Source: an uncultured Gemmatimonadaceae bacterium (GTDB taxonomy: Bacteria > Gemmatimonadota > Gemmatimonadetes > Gemmatimonadales > Gemmatimonadaceae). From it: DNA of 64,000 nt. The notes beneath the pieces were generated by a model, which saw nothing but the letters and a program-made list of their open reading frames with translations, was not told the origin of the DNA and ran no database searches. Position numbers and translations under genes: made by a program. Of this stretch, positions 37,885 through 47,564 are shown in pieces. How positions within the stretch are numbered: position 1 is the stretch's first letter; each line of letters opens with the position of its first letter. The stretch is from assembly GCA_963817955.1 (NCBI GenBank), contig CAWFQK010000002.1, positions 896,001 to 960,000 of the forward strand. Direction: 5' to 3'.

Positions 37885-39105
37885 ATGCCCGAGAGGTCCG
37901 TGCCCGGCCACCTCGTTCCACGAACCTGGCAGTACGACCCCGCCATGGATGCGCCAGCGGCCTACAAGCGCGCCTGCCACTATCATGCCTTCGTCCCAGA
38001 CGAGCTGACGTCGCTGGACGTGCGCCTCGACGCGCGACTCGCCGGCTTGATCTCCGAGGCGGAGCACGCAATCCGTCTCCTCAACGACGAAGGAGGGCCC
38101 GCACTGGATCCCCTGGCCCGCCTGCTGCTGCGAACTGAGTCCATCGCGTCTTCGAAGGTCGAGGGCTTGCAGCTTGGGGCCCGCGAACTGGCACGGGCGG
38201 AAGCGAGAGCCGAATCCGGGAGCAAGCCCAGCCCGACCGCCATGGAACTGCTGGCCAACATCGACGCCATGGTCCTTGCCGTGGATGAAGCTGCGACCGT
38301 CGAGCGATTCGGAGTGACGGAGATCACCGCCATTCACCACCGGCTCCTCGAGCGGTCCCTCCACAAGCACATCGCCGGGCGGGTCCGCGGCCAACAGAAC
38401 TGGATCGGCGGGAACGACTACAATCCGTGCGGCGCCGACTTCGTCCCGCCCCCACCCGAAGACGTGGATCGCCTCCTGGCCGACATCTGCGCATCGATCA
38501 ATGACGAGACCCTGTCCCCGCTGGTGCAGGCGGCGCTCGTGCACGCCCAGTTCGAGACCGTGCACCCGTTCGATGATGGGAACGGCCGAACCGGACGCGC
38601 CCTCGTGCACGTAGTGCTGCGCCGCCGGGGGATCGCCCCCCGCTTCCTGCCGCCCATCAGCGTCGTCTTCGCCGAGTCCCGGGACCGCTACATTGCGGGC
38701 CTCACCGCATTCCGTGGCGACGCGGTGGCCGCATGGATTGAGCACTTCGCGGCCGCGACGGTCACGGCCGCTCGGCTGGCGCGTACATATATCGAAGCCG
38801 TGCGGGCCCTGCAGGAACGGTGGCGTCAACAACTCCGCGCAATGGATGCGGTTCCGCGCGTAGATGCCGCAGCGTGGACGATCATCGATATGTTGCCGGC
38901 GCATCCAATGATCTCCGCCCCGGTCACCGCGGCGGTTACAGGGCGTGCGCGGGGTCGGATTTACGAGGCGATTGAGCAGCTGGTAGCCGCCGGCGTACTA
39001 CAGCCACTTTCGTCCGGCCGCCGGAATAGGTGGTGGGAGGCGGTGGGGCTACTCGATCTCATCGAGCAGATTGAGGCGGGCGAGACTCTCGGACCAACAC
39101 CGTGA
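37885..39105 (+). CDS. Fic family protein (class II-like)
   Basis: HPFDDGNGRTGR; N-terminal inhibitory SSKVEG; C-terminal wHTH-like region. Confidence 0.92.
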   Translation: MPERSVPGHLVPRTWQYDPAMDAPAAYKRACHYHAFVPDELTSLDVRLDARLAGLISEAEHAIRLLNDEGGPALDPLARLLLRTESIASSKVEGLQLGARELARAEARAESGSKPSPTAMELLANIDAMVLAVDEAATVERFGVTEITAIHHRLLERSLHKHIAGRVRGQQNWIGGNDYNPCGADFVPPPPEDVDRLLADICASINDETLSPLVQAALVHAQFETVHPFDDGNGRTGRALVHVVLRRRGIAPRFLPPISVVFAESRDRYIAGLTAFRGDAVAAWIEHFAAATVTAARLARTYIEAVRALQERWRQQLRAMDAVPRVDAAAWTIIDMLPAHPMISAPVTAAVTGRARGRIYEAIEQLVAAGVLQPLSSGRRNRWWEAVGLLDLIEQIEAGETLGPTP

Positions 39106-39218
39106 CGCAAGCCTGATGGCTGCGGGAGCCACCGTGCCGCAAGACCGTGCGCCCGCGACCATCGATCCCACGTTTACTAGGCCAACTACTCGTGAGAAAT
39201 GCGCGCTAGATTCCTGGC

Positions 39219-39956
39219 ATGATCGATCGTCCGCACGCTTCGTTTCTGCTTTCGGCCGTGCGCATCGGCCGAACGGACCTCGGAGCCGGACAGGCCATGC
39301 TCGACGACGATGCGCTCACGGTGCTCGCCCGCGCCGCAGACGATCGGCCAATCCGCATTGCGTTGGCCACCATCACGTCCATCGTCGTAAACGCGAACGA
39401 CCTCACACTGGCGCTCGCGGACGGCACGCGATTGTCGATCGCCACTGATAAGGCGGCGCAACTGGGTGAGGAGCTTCTTGCTCGCGGCCGGGCATTGCCC
39501 GAACTGACGCGTGCCCTCCGCGCGTTCGGTTCGCGTCGCGGCCACCGTGGCAATCGCAGCACGGCTCTACACGAGCAGCAGCAATTCTTCTCGCCCCTGC
39601 TCGAGGCTCGGCGTCGCGCGATTTCCGCGAAGACGCCGGCCGCAACGATCGGCGCATTCGACAGCGCGGTGCTGACGCGCGAGATCGAGGCCGCGATTCT
39701 CACGCTGGCGCGTGAGCGATACGCCGAAGCAGGACCGGCGCAACGCGCGCTCGTCGCCGAACTGAGTGATCGGGCACAGCCGCTGTTCGACGCGCTCGAG
39801 GCGCTCGGTTCGGTCGCCGCAGAGGCCACTGCTGCCGTGGACGATCTCGGTCGCTGGCGGCGCTGGGAGTTCCAGCTCCGCGCGACCTTCGAAACCGCCG
39901 ACCGTGTGTGGATGGCGGTCGACGTGGCACTCGACACCATTCCCTGGCTGTCGTGA
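39219..39956 (+). CDS. Hypothetical protein
   Basis: 245-aa ORF overlapping acpS start by 4 bp. Confidence 0.65.
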   Translation: MIDRPHASFLLSAVRIGRTDLGAGQAMLDDDALTVLARAADDRPIRIALATITSIVVNANDLTLALADGTRLSIATDKAAQLGEELLARGRALPELTRALRAFGSRRGHRGNRSTALHEQQQFFSPLLEARRRAISAKTPAATIGAFDSAVLTREIEAAILTLARERYAEAGPAQRALVAELSDRAQPLFDALEALGSVAAEATAAVDDLGRWRRWEFQLRATFETADRVWMAVDVALDTIPWLS

Positions 39957-40333
39957 TCGTCGGCATTGGCATTGACGCGGTGGATATTGCGCGCATTGAG
40001 CGGATGTTCGCTGACAAGGGCGACCGAATGCTCCAGCGCCTCTTCACGGTCGACGAGCTAGCCTACCTCTCGACCAAGGTTGCTCCGGCCCAGCACATAG
40101 CCGTGCGCCTCGCCGCTAAAGAGGCCACATACAAGGCCCTCTCAGGCAACGAGCTCGCGCGAGGCATTGGCTGGCGGGACGTGGAGGTCTTCTCGCGTGG
40201 TGATGGTGCACCGGAGATCCGGTTACATGGACGCGCGGCGGAGCGGTTCGCCGAGCTGGGGGGGGCGAGCATCCATGTGTCGTTGACGCATAGCCAGATA
40301 ACGGCCGTGGCAGTGGTGATCGTCGAGCGGTGA
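39953..40333 (+). CDS. acpS: Holo-ACP synthase
   Basis: VIVGIGIDAVDIARI, RLAAKEA, HVSLTHS. Confidence 0.95.
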   Translation: MIVGIGIDAVDIARIERMFADKGDRMLQRLFTVDELAYLSTKVAPAQHIAVRLAAKEATYKALSGNELARGIGWRDVEVFSRGDGAPEIRLHGRAAERFAELGGASIHVSLTHSQITAVAVVIVER

Positions 40334-40339
40334 CGGACC

Positions 40340-40429
40340 GGGGCCTCTTTTGGCGGGGGCTCTATTGGCGGGGCCTTTTTTAGCGGGGCCTTTTTTGGCG
40401 GGGCCTTTTTTAGCGGGGCCGTTTTTAAC
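40340..40429 (+). repeat. Six tandem 15-bp units (ggggccttttttRgc consensus)
   Basis: ggggcctcttttggc/gggggctctattggc/ggggccttttttagc/ggggccttttttggc/ggggccttttttagc/ggggccgtttttaac. Confidence 0.9.
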
Positions 40430-40802
40430 GCAGAGGACGCAGAGAACTGCAAGAGAACTGCAGAGAACTGCAGAGAACTGCAAAAAAAGACACTGGAAAA
40501 GGGAACTGCAAAGAGCACTGCAAAAGAGCACTGCAAAAGAGAAGAGAACTGCAAAAGAGAACTGCAAAAGAGAACTGCAAGCGTACGGAAGAGGGAAGCG
40601 CGTATCAGTGGAATGAACCGTGGATGCTGAGTCCAAAAATCATTCTGCCTATATCGCTAATGATCTCGACCTGGGCGATACCATCGGAGCATCACGACGG
40701 CATCAGCCAAGACTTCACGGCGAGACAATCCTTCACGGTCCTCTGCAGTTCTCTGCGTTCTCTTGCAGTTCTCTGCGACCTCTGCGTTGAAAAGCTGGTC
40801 TA
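40422..40802. repeat. Palindromic MITE/REPIN-like element, copy 2
   Basis: Same terminal IRs and aactgca arrays as 35275-35625; core 40581-40741 ~86% identical to 35421-35580 by manual count. Confidence 0.85.
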
Positions 40803-40827
40803 CAGGTTACAGATGATCCTCGTCGTC

Positions 40828-40865
40828 TCCGCTCAGGATGACAGGGCTCCGCTCAGGATGACAGG
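40828..40865 (-). repeat. Two REP-like units (gctcaggatgacagg)
   Basis: 40828-40847 is the exact reverse complement of 35227-35246. Confidence 0.8.
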
Positions 40866-40871
40866 CATTCG

Positions 40872-41726
40872 TTACGCGGCTGCCGCGGCGTAGATACCCG
40901 GCCGGCCCACGCCTGGCCGCTTGCGCATCATCATGATGGCCACGCCGACCACGGTGATTCCGATGGCGATCACTTGAGCGGTACTGAGACCCATCAGCAA
41001 GGGGAAACGATCGTCTTTGGCGCGGTAGAATTCGATGATGAAACGCTCAATCCCGGCCAGTAGGCAGTAGACCCCGAACAGCCAACCTTCGGCGTGCTTG
41101 TGGTCGCGCAGGCGCCAGAGGATGGCGAACATGATGAAGCCCATCAGCACTTCGAAGAGCTGGGTCGGGAACACGGCGATCAGGTCGTTCGGGTTCGTTC
41201 CCGCTGCAAACTGGACGTGGAAGTCCTTGTTCATGTAGTACGCCGTGGACGGGGGCGCGCCCTGTGGAAACACCACCGAGAGCGGCCCGGAGTACGGCCG
41301 GCCGTAATCGTCGCCAACGGCCCAACAGCCCGTTCGTCCAATGGAATAGCCCGCCGCGATCGCGATGCCGGCTACGTCGGCGAAACGCACGAATGACAGT
41401 TTCTTGTACCGAAGCGTGAGGCTGCACAGCGCCACCGACCCGATGAACCCGCCCCAGAACACGAATCCGCCGCGGCTCCACAGATCGCTGATGTTGTGCG
41501 AGATGATGGTCACGTAATACAACTTGGCACCGATCATCGTGCCGAGCAGGGCCGCGAATAACACATCGCTCACGGCCGCTGCCTCCTTGTCGTGGCCACG
41601 CCGCGCCAACTCGCGCTCGGAGATGATCTGGCCAATGAGGAACGCCATCAGCACGGCGAGGCCGAAGCCGGTGAGGCCGAAATACTGGAACGGATGATGA
41701 ACGATCGGCGTGGAAGCGAGTGTCAT
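40872..41726 (-). CDS. lgt: Prolipoprotein diacylglyceryl transferase
   Basis: IGAKLYY, GGFVFWGG, IGRTGC...GDDYGRP, PTQLFE, RFIIEFYR. Confidence 0.92.
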   Translation of the reverse strand: MTLASTPIVHHPFQYFGLTGFGLAVLMAFLIGQIISERELARRGHDKEAAAVSDVLFAALLGTMIGAKLYYVTIISHNISDLWSRGGFVFWGGFIGSVALCSLTLRYKKLSFVRFADVAGIAIAAGYSIGRTGCWAVGDDYGRPYSGPLSVVFPQGAPPSTAYYMNKDFHVQFAAGTNPNDLIAVFPTQLFEVLMGFIMFAILWRLRDHKHAEGWLFGVYCLLAGIERFIIEFYRAKDDRFPLLMGLSTAQVIAIGITVVGVAIMMMRKRPGVGRPGIYAAAAA

Positions 41727-42754
41727 GCTGCCGTGACTCCAGGAATGGGCTGAGTGGCGAATGCATTCAGGTCGAGCGGCGATCGTTCTCCGCGCTCGAG
41801 GTGAAACACGCCGGCACGCGCGATCATGGCCGCGTTATCGGTGGCAAGGCGCAGTGAGGGTGCGAACACCTTCACGCCTCGCGTGGTGAGCCGTTGGCGC
41901 AGGGCATTCGTCAACGTTGCGTTGCACGCGACGCCGCCACCGAGCACGACGCGAGTACGATCGAATTGGCGCGCGGCGCGCGTCGTCTTCTCCACGAGCG
42001 TGTCGATGAGCGCGTCCTGAAAGGCGCGCGCAATCGCAGCCCGATCCGGCTCGGGTTGCGCGGACTTCACCGCGTTGAGTACCGCGGTCTTGAGGCCGCT
42101 GAACGACACATCGTAGTAGTCGGGATCGGCGGGCGTCTGATTACGGTGCACCATGGGGCGCGAAAAGCGATATGGTTGGCCATCACTGGTCGCCGCGAGC
42201 CGCTCCACGTGCGGGCCCCCAGGATAGGGCAACCCGAGGAGCTTGGCAACCTTGTCGAACGCTTCGCCCGCCGCGTCGTCGCGCGTACGGCCGAGCAAGC
42301 GATAGCGCCCCCAGGCCTCCACATCGAGCAACAGCGTGTGGCCGCCCGACACGAGGAGTGCCGTGAATGGGGGCACCGCATCACGGTGCTCGAGCGCAGT
42401 GGCGAACAGATGTCCTTCCATGTGGTTGACGGCGATCGTTGGTATACCCCTCGCGAACGCAAATGCCTTCGCGAAGCTCACACCCACGAGCAGGGCACCC
42501 ACGAGCCCGGGTGCGTTCGTCACAGCCACGGCGTCGACCGATGTGGTTCCGGCGTCGGCAAGCGCACGCTCCACCACGGGAACGATGGCCGTGAGATGTG
42601 CGCGCGAGGCAATCTCCGGCACCACGCCCCCGAAAATGGAGTGGACGTCCTGAGACAGAATGACGAGAGAGCGCACGCTCACATCGTTTCCGCTGCCCTC
42701 CAGGACGGCCGCCGATGTCTCGTCGCACGAGGTTTCAATGCCGAGTACGCGCAT
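41723..42754 (-). CDS. tsaD: tRNA N6-threonylcarbamoyltransferase
   Basis: LGIETSCDET, GGVVPEIASRAH, HMEGH, VSGGHT, DDAAGEAFDK, TDNAAMIA. Confidence 0.97.
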   Translation of the reverse strand: MRVLGIETSCDETSAAVLEGSGNDVSVRSLVILSQDVHSIFGGVVPEIASRAHLTAIVPVVERALADAGTTSVDAVAVTNAPGLVGALLVGVSFAKAFAFARGIPTIAVNHMEGHLFATALEHRDAVPPFTALLVSGGHTLLLDVEAWGRYRLLGRTRDDAAGEAFDKVAKLLGLPYPGGPHVERLAATSDGQPYRFSRPMVHRNQTPADPDYYDVSFSGLKTAVLNAVKSAQPEPDRAAIARAFQDALIDTLVEKTTRAARQFDRTRVVLGGGVACNATLTNALRQRLTTRGVKVFAPSLRLATDNAAMIARAGVFHLERGERSPLDLNAFATQPIPGVTAA

Positions 42755-43449
42755 CAGCCGGACGGCAGGAGCTTGAGCTCGACCTTTACCTGCGACGGCC
42801 GCACGCGGACGCCGGCGCCGAGGGCTGCCCAGTCGATGTCCACCAGACGCTGCGCCGTATCGGGAAAGGGAATGGCCGTCCTGACCGTGCGAACCGATGG
42901 AATGTGCAGCACCCGACGGCGCGGACCGCTCACCTGCACGCTCTCCGGCTGAAAGCGCGTCTCGACCGGGCCCGGCAGATGCGGGCCGAGGATCTCGATC
43001 GCGGAACGGACAGGCACCATGTGGGACCAGGTGGGTTCGAAGTGCAGCGTGACGGTGCGCGGCTGCAGTTCGCGTACGACGGCATCCACTCCCTCCGGCA
43101 GGATGACGTCCGACGGACGGAGGTCCAGCACGAGTGTGTCCGGAGCATCCGCTGAGATCTGGCGGCGGATCACCGGCGGGTTGGTGCTCAACTTGATCAA
43201 CTCTTTCGGAGCGCCAGCGATGATCGCACGAAAATGCGGTATCGCATCGCGAAGCACGAGCGAACTATCCAGCACCGGCGTGAAGTGCACGTCCACCACC
43301 AGTTCCTGTGGCTCTTTCGCGTTCACCATGAACCACAACACTCCAGCGAGCAGGACCGCCGTCACCTTGAGACCGAGCCGATCGGTGAACGCCGCGAAGA
43401 GGCGGCGCTGGCGCGAGTCAGGTGGCCGCATCGCGGGTCGTCCGGGCAT
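42754..43449 (-). CDS. YbbR/CdaR-like membrane-anchored protein
   Basis: LGLKVTAVLLAGVLWFMV TM; PESVQVSGP, PSQVKV YbbR-type motifs. Confidence 0.75.
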   Translation of the reverse strand: MPGRPAMRPPDSRQRRLFAAFTDRLGLKVTAVLLAGVLWFMVNAKEPQELVVDVHFTPVLDSSLVLRDAIPHFRAIIAGAPKELIKLSTNPPVIRRQISADAPDTLVLDLRPSDVILPEGVDAVVRELQPRTVTLHFEPTWSHMVPVRSAIEILGPHLPGPVETRFQPESVQVSGPRRRVLHIPSVRTVRTAIPFPDTAQRLVDIDWAALGAGVRVRPSQVKVELKLLPSG

Positions 43450-43458
43450 TGGCGGAGG

Positions 43459-44037
43459 CTAGCGGTCGGCGGCGGCGGCGACGACGGGCCGCGGCGCCTG
43501 CAGGCCAAGCAGTTGCGCGATGAGTGCGCGGTTGCCCTGCGAGCTCCAATCGTCCGGCCCAATCCATTTCTTGCGAATGGTGCCTTCGGGTCCGATCACG
43601 AATGTCTCAGGATACCCAGACGTCTGGTAGATGCTTTCGATGGCGTGCGTCGAGTCGTGCAGGATCTCGAAGGTGAGTCCAAAGTTCTTCGCGAATGCGC
43701 GGATGGAGTCTTCGCCTACGTAGTCGTCGATGCTCACCGCCACGAGTTTCAGCCCGCTGTCGCCATACGCCTGGTACAGGCGCTCCAGGCTGGGTAGCTC
43801 GGCGCGGCAAGGCGGACACCACGTTGCCCAGACGTTGAGGAGCACGACCTTGCCCTTGTAGTCGCCCATCGTCCGATAGCGGTTCTCGCCGAGCACTTTC
43901 GCGCGAAAGTCCGGCGCGGTGGTGCCGATGTCGACCGGAAAGAGCTGGTCCTTCATGAGGCGCGATGCGGCAAACAAGGCAATGGCCAGCACGCCGACGA
44001 TGGCGCCAACCACGGTCCACTGTTGGCGCGCCGTCAT
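43459..44037 (-). CDS. TlpA/ResA-family thiol-disulfide oxidoreductase
   Basis: N-terminal TM; GKVVLLNVWATWCPPCRAELP; YPETFVI. Confidence 0.92.
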   Translation of the reverse strand: MTARQQWTVVGAIVGVLAIALFAASRLMKDQLFPVDIGTTAPDFRAKVLGENRYRTMGDYKGKVVLLNVWATWCPPCRAELPSLERLYQAYGDSGLKLVAVSIDDYVGEDSIRAFAKNFGLTFEILHDSTHAIESIYQTSGYPETFVIGPEGTIRKKWIGPDDWSSQGNRALIAQLLGLQAPRPVVAAAADR

Positions 44038-44699
44038 ACGAATACCCCGCACTGCCCGCGCAGGTGGGCGATCTCGGCCATTGGGTCAGAGGCCGCGAAA
44101 ATCGCATGGCCGGCGACGAATGTGTCCGCGCCCGCGGACCAGATATCGTGAATCGTGTCGCGGCTCACGCCTCCGTCCACCTGGAGCGCCGCGTTGCTGC
44201 CGCCACTGTCGAGCAGCAAGCGTGCGCGGCGGATCTTGTCGACGGATTGCGTAATAAACTTCTGGCCGCCAAACCCCGGGTTCACCGACATGATCAAGAG
44301 AAGGTCGAGCTCGGGAATGACCTCACTCACGGCACTTAGCGTGGTTGCCGGATTCAGTGCTACCCCTGCACGGCAGCCGAGTTCGCGGATGCGCGTCAGT
44401 TGGCGGTGCAAGTGCGGCGCCACTTCGGCGTGAATGGTGAGCCCGTTTGCCCCGGCTGCGGCAAAATCGTCGAAGAACTTTTCCGGCTGCACCACCATGA
44501 GGTGCACGTCAATGAAGAGTGACGTGCACTTGCGCACCGTCTCGATGACCTTTGCACCATAGGTGAGATTCGGCACGAACTGGCCGTCCATGACGTCGAC
44601 GTGAATCCAGTCGGCACCGCCGGCTTCGCACATCGCGATCTCGTCACCTAACTTGGCGAAGTCCGCACTGAGGATTGACGGGGCAATGCGCACGGTCAT
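44034..44699 (-). CDS. rpe: Ribulose-phosphate 3-epimerase
   Basis: IAPSILSADF, HVDVMDGQFVPN, MSVNPGFGGQ, VDGG. Confidence 0.97.
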   Translation of the reverse strand: MTVRIAPSILSADFAKLGDEIAMCEAGGADWIHVDVMDGQFVPNLTYGAKVIETVRKCTSLFIDVHLMVVQPEKFFDDFAAAGANGLTIHAEVAPHLHRQLTRIRELGCRAGVALNPATTLSAVSEVIPELDLLLIMSVNPGFGGQKFITQSVDKIRRARLLLDSGGSNAALQVDGGVSRDTIHDIWSAGADTFVAGHAIFAASDPMAEIAHLRGQCGVFV

Positions 44700-45259
44700 C
44701 TGGGACGTCCTGGTTCGGGGCTGACCTGCGTGACGCTGGGACCAGCGCTGATCACGAGCGACACCGAGCTCGGAATCGGGACCTTGGCGCCTGGCACCGG
44801 CTGACTGGAGACCACCTGGCCGCGCGGCGCGGCATCGGGCCGTTCCGACACTCTGCCCAGCTCGAAACCTGCTGCCTCGAGCGCCGTCTGCGCGTCCGCT
44901 TGCGACATCCCAATGATTTCCGGCACGGCGACAATCTGTTGACCGGCGCTCACCGCGAGGGTCACCACCGAGCCTTCGACCTCGCGTGTGCCGGCACGTG
45001 GATCCTGATCGAGTACGGTCTCTTTGGGCGAGCCACCCTGGTAGCGTGAATCGCCCCGCGCGGCTTTGAATCCCACTTCCGCCAGACGTTCGACTGCGTC
45101 GTCGAACAACAGACCGGTGACGTTCGGAACCTTTGCATCGCCCGGAATCACGCCTGATGGAAATACGACGAACGCGACGACGAGATATGCGAGGAGAAAT
45201 CCGCCGATGATCGTCACCGCGTAGGGCAACGAACGACGGAGCCGTGTGCGAACGCTCAC
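44696..45259 (-). CDS. PASTA-domain membrane protein
   Basis: TM + two PASTA repeats (VPNVTG...VLDQDP; VPEIIGMS...VVSSQP). Confidence 0.9.
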   Translation of the reverse strand: MSVRTRLRRSLPYAVTIIGGFLLAYLVVAFVVFPSGVIPGDAKVPNVTGLLFDDAVERLAEVGFKAARGDSRYQGGSPKETVLDQDPRAGTREVEGSVVTLAVSAGQQIVAVPEIIGMSQADAQTALEAAGFELGRVSERPDAAPRGQVVSSQPVPGAKVPIPSSVSLVISAGPSVTQVSPEPGRPR

Positions 45260-46626
45260 GCCGCGGGCCTTCGAAGACGCGCAGCAAAAGCACCGTCGGT
45301 ACCATGGCGCTGGGGTAGCACGCGCAACCGTCCGCCGTCGAGCACTGCGGCCGGAACCGCGCCATCGGGCGGTGGATCGAGGCGCCAGCCGGGATGTTCG
45401 GAGAGGAACCGATCAACCTGCTCGTCGTTCTCTTCGGGCTCGAGCGAGCAGGTGCTGTAGACGAGAAACCCGCCCGGCTTCACGACCTCCGCCGCCGCGT
45501 GAAGGATGGAGCGCTGCAGCGCGGACATCACGGCCAGATCGGAGACCTTGAGACGCCACCGCGCGTCGGGGTGCCGGCGGAATGTCCCGGTGCCCGTGCA
45601 CGGGACGTCGACGAGCACCAGGTCTACAGGCCGAATGGCCGGTGACCGCGCATCGGCGATGTAACTGTGCAGGGTCTCGACATCGAGACGTGTTGCGTTC
45701 TCGACCACACGGCGGAGCCGGGCAAATGAGAGATCGCTCGAGAACACGGAGCGAGCCGATCGCGCGAGCTCGACCGATTTTCCGCCCGGTGCCGCGCAGA
45801 GATCGGCGACGACGGCACCGGTGGGCACGCACGCGTACTGCGTGACGAGTGTCGAGGCCGGATCCTGCAGATGAAAGAGTCCTTGGCGAAACGCTCCAAG
45901 ATCGGTCAGCGACGACACCGGGCTGGACAGCACGATGCTATCGCGAGCGAGCGGCGCGTCAGAGGCATGGACGCCGGCTGCCTCGAGCATTGCCTCGAGT
46001 TGCTCGCGGACGACGTGGTAGGGGCGTGCAACGAGCGGCGCCTCGCGGTTGTTCGCCTCGAGCAACCGGCGCGTCTCGTCAACACCCCAGCGCTCTACCC
46101 AGCGCGCGACGATCCAGCGCGGATGCGATCCCTCGAGCGCCAGCGCGTCGATCGGGTCATTCGTGCGGGGTAGTTCGAGCGCGTCACGTTCGCGATCGAG
46201 ACGGCGTAGCACGGCGTTCGCGAGCTTGCTCGCACCAATGCCGTGTCGCCTCTTTGCGAGCTCCACGGTCTGGGCGATCGCCGCATACGCGGGCACGCTC
46301 TCCATCTGCAGGATCTGCGCGGCGCCGAGGCGAAGCAGGTCGAGGAGGTCGGCATCGAGTCGAACGATGCCACCGCGTACGCGTGCATCGAGGAACGCAT
46401 CGAGGCGGCTACGCCGGCGCAGCATTCCGTACACCAGCTCACGCGTCCAGCGGCGGTCGCGCGCGTCGAGGTGCGCCGTCCGACGGTCGAACGCGGGATC
46501 GAGCAGATCGCCGCCCCGCATGTCAGCACAGATGTCCGCCGCCGCGAGCCGCGCGTCGGTGATCCCGCCAATCCGATGAACCGCTACGCCGCCCGGTGAA
46601 CGGTGGTGCTGATCTGCTGCTGACAT
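45256..46626 (-). CDS. rsmB: 16S rRNA m5C967 methyltransferase
   Basis: NusB-like N-term, SHPRW, QDPAS, DLCAAPGGKS, DVPCTGTG, YSTCS. Confidence 0.95.
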   Translation of the reverse strand: MSAADQHHRSPGGVAVHRIGGITDARLAAADICADMRGGDLLDPAFDRRTAHLDARDRRWTRELVYGMLRRRSRLDAFLDARVRGGIVRLDADLLDLLRLGAAQILQMESVPAYAAIAQTVELAKRRHGIGASKLANAVLRRLDRERDALELPRTNDPIDALALEGSHPRWIVARWVERWGVDETRRLLEANNREAPLVARPYHVVREQLEAMLEAAGVHASDAPLARDSIVLSSPVSSLTDLGAFRQGLFHLQDPASTLVTQYACVPTGAVVADLCAAPGGKSVELARSARSVFSSDLSFARLRRVVENATRLDVETLHSYIADARSPAIRPVDLVLVDVPCTGTGTFRRHPDARWRLKVSDLAVMSALQRSILHAAAEVVKPGGFLVYSTCSLEPEENDEQVDRFLSEHPGWRLDPPPDGAVPAAVLDGGRLRVLPQRHGTDGAFAARLRRPAA

Positions 46627-46631
46627 ACCAA

Positions 46632-47564
46632 CTAAGATAGCCGTCCCCCGAGGACGATGCCGCGCCCGCGCGCCCACTCCTGCGGAGTGATGCGTCGCTT
46701 TCCCGACGGATGGACGCCGGACACGTGCACTACACCATCGCCGCAGGCGACCGTCATGCCCGCGGCGTTGATGTCGAGCACTTCGCCAGGCGCTCCGCGC
46801 GCATCGGTGTCCAGGGCTCGCGCGCCAAACAGCTTGACTTCACCAGACGTCGCCTGCGCAACAGCCCCGGGACGAGGGTCGTATGCCCTGATGACGCGCG
46901 ACACCGTACGCGCATCGGCCGTCCAGTCAATGCGCGTCATCGCGCGATTCACCTTCGGTGCGTAGGTCGCGTCGGCGTCTTGCTGCGGCGTGTCGACAGC
47001 CCGGCCGAGGTCGATCAGCGCGAGTGCCTCGATGAGCGCGAGCGCGCCCATTTCGGCGAGCCGGAGCTGCAGCTCACCGTAGGTCTCGTCGTCGAGAATA
47101 GGCGTGCGCACCTGCACGATGGACGGGCCCGCGTCGAGCGCCTGCACCATCCGCATGATCGTCACGCCGGTCTCGGCGTGTCCCTCGCGAATGGCTGCCT
47201 GGATTGGCGCCGCACCGCGCAGCTTAGGAAGCAGCGATGCGTGAATGTTGATCGTGCCCTTTCGCGGCAGATCGATGACGTCGGACGGCAAGATGTGACC
47301 GTACGCTACGACGACGGAAATGTCGGGATCGAGCGCGCGCAGCTCCGCAATGAATTCGGCGCCGCGCGGCCGTTCCGGCTGGAGCACCTGGATCGATTCC
47401 TCGAGTGCGATGCGTTTGATCGGCGGCGGCTCGACGGTGGAGCGCGAGCGTCCTACGGGCTTGTCTGGTTGCGTCACCACCCCGACAACGTCGAAGCCCT
47501 CGCCGATCAACGCGCGTAGCGGCGGCGTTGCGAATTCGGGCGTGCCCCAGAAGAGCACGCGCAT
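46632..47564 (-). CDS. fmt: Methionyl-tRNA formyltransferase
   Basis: FWGTPEFA, VVTQPDKP, NIHASLLPKLRGAAPI, LDAG. Confidence 0.97.
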   Translation of the reverse strand: MRVLFWGTPEFATPPLRALIGEGFDVVGVVTQPDKPVGRSRSTVEPPPIKRIALEESIQVLQPERPRGAEFIAELRALDPDISVVVAYGHILPSDVIDLPRKGTINIHASLLPKLRGAAPIQAAIREGHAETGVTIMRMVQALDAGPSIVQVRTPILDDETYGELQLRLAEMGALALIEALALIDLGRAVDTPQQDADATYAPKVNRAMTRIDWTADARTVSRVIRAYDPRPGAVAQATSGEVKLFGARALDTDARGAPGEVLDINAAGMTVACGDGVVHVSGVHPSGKRRITPQEWARGRGIVLGGRLS

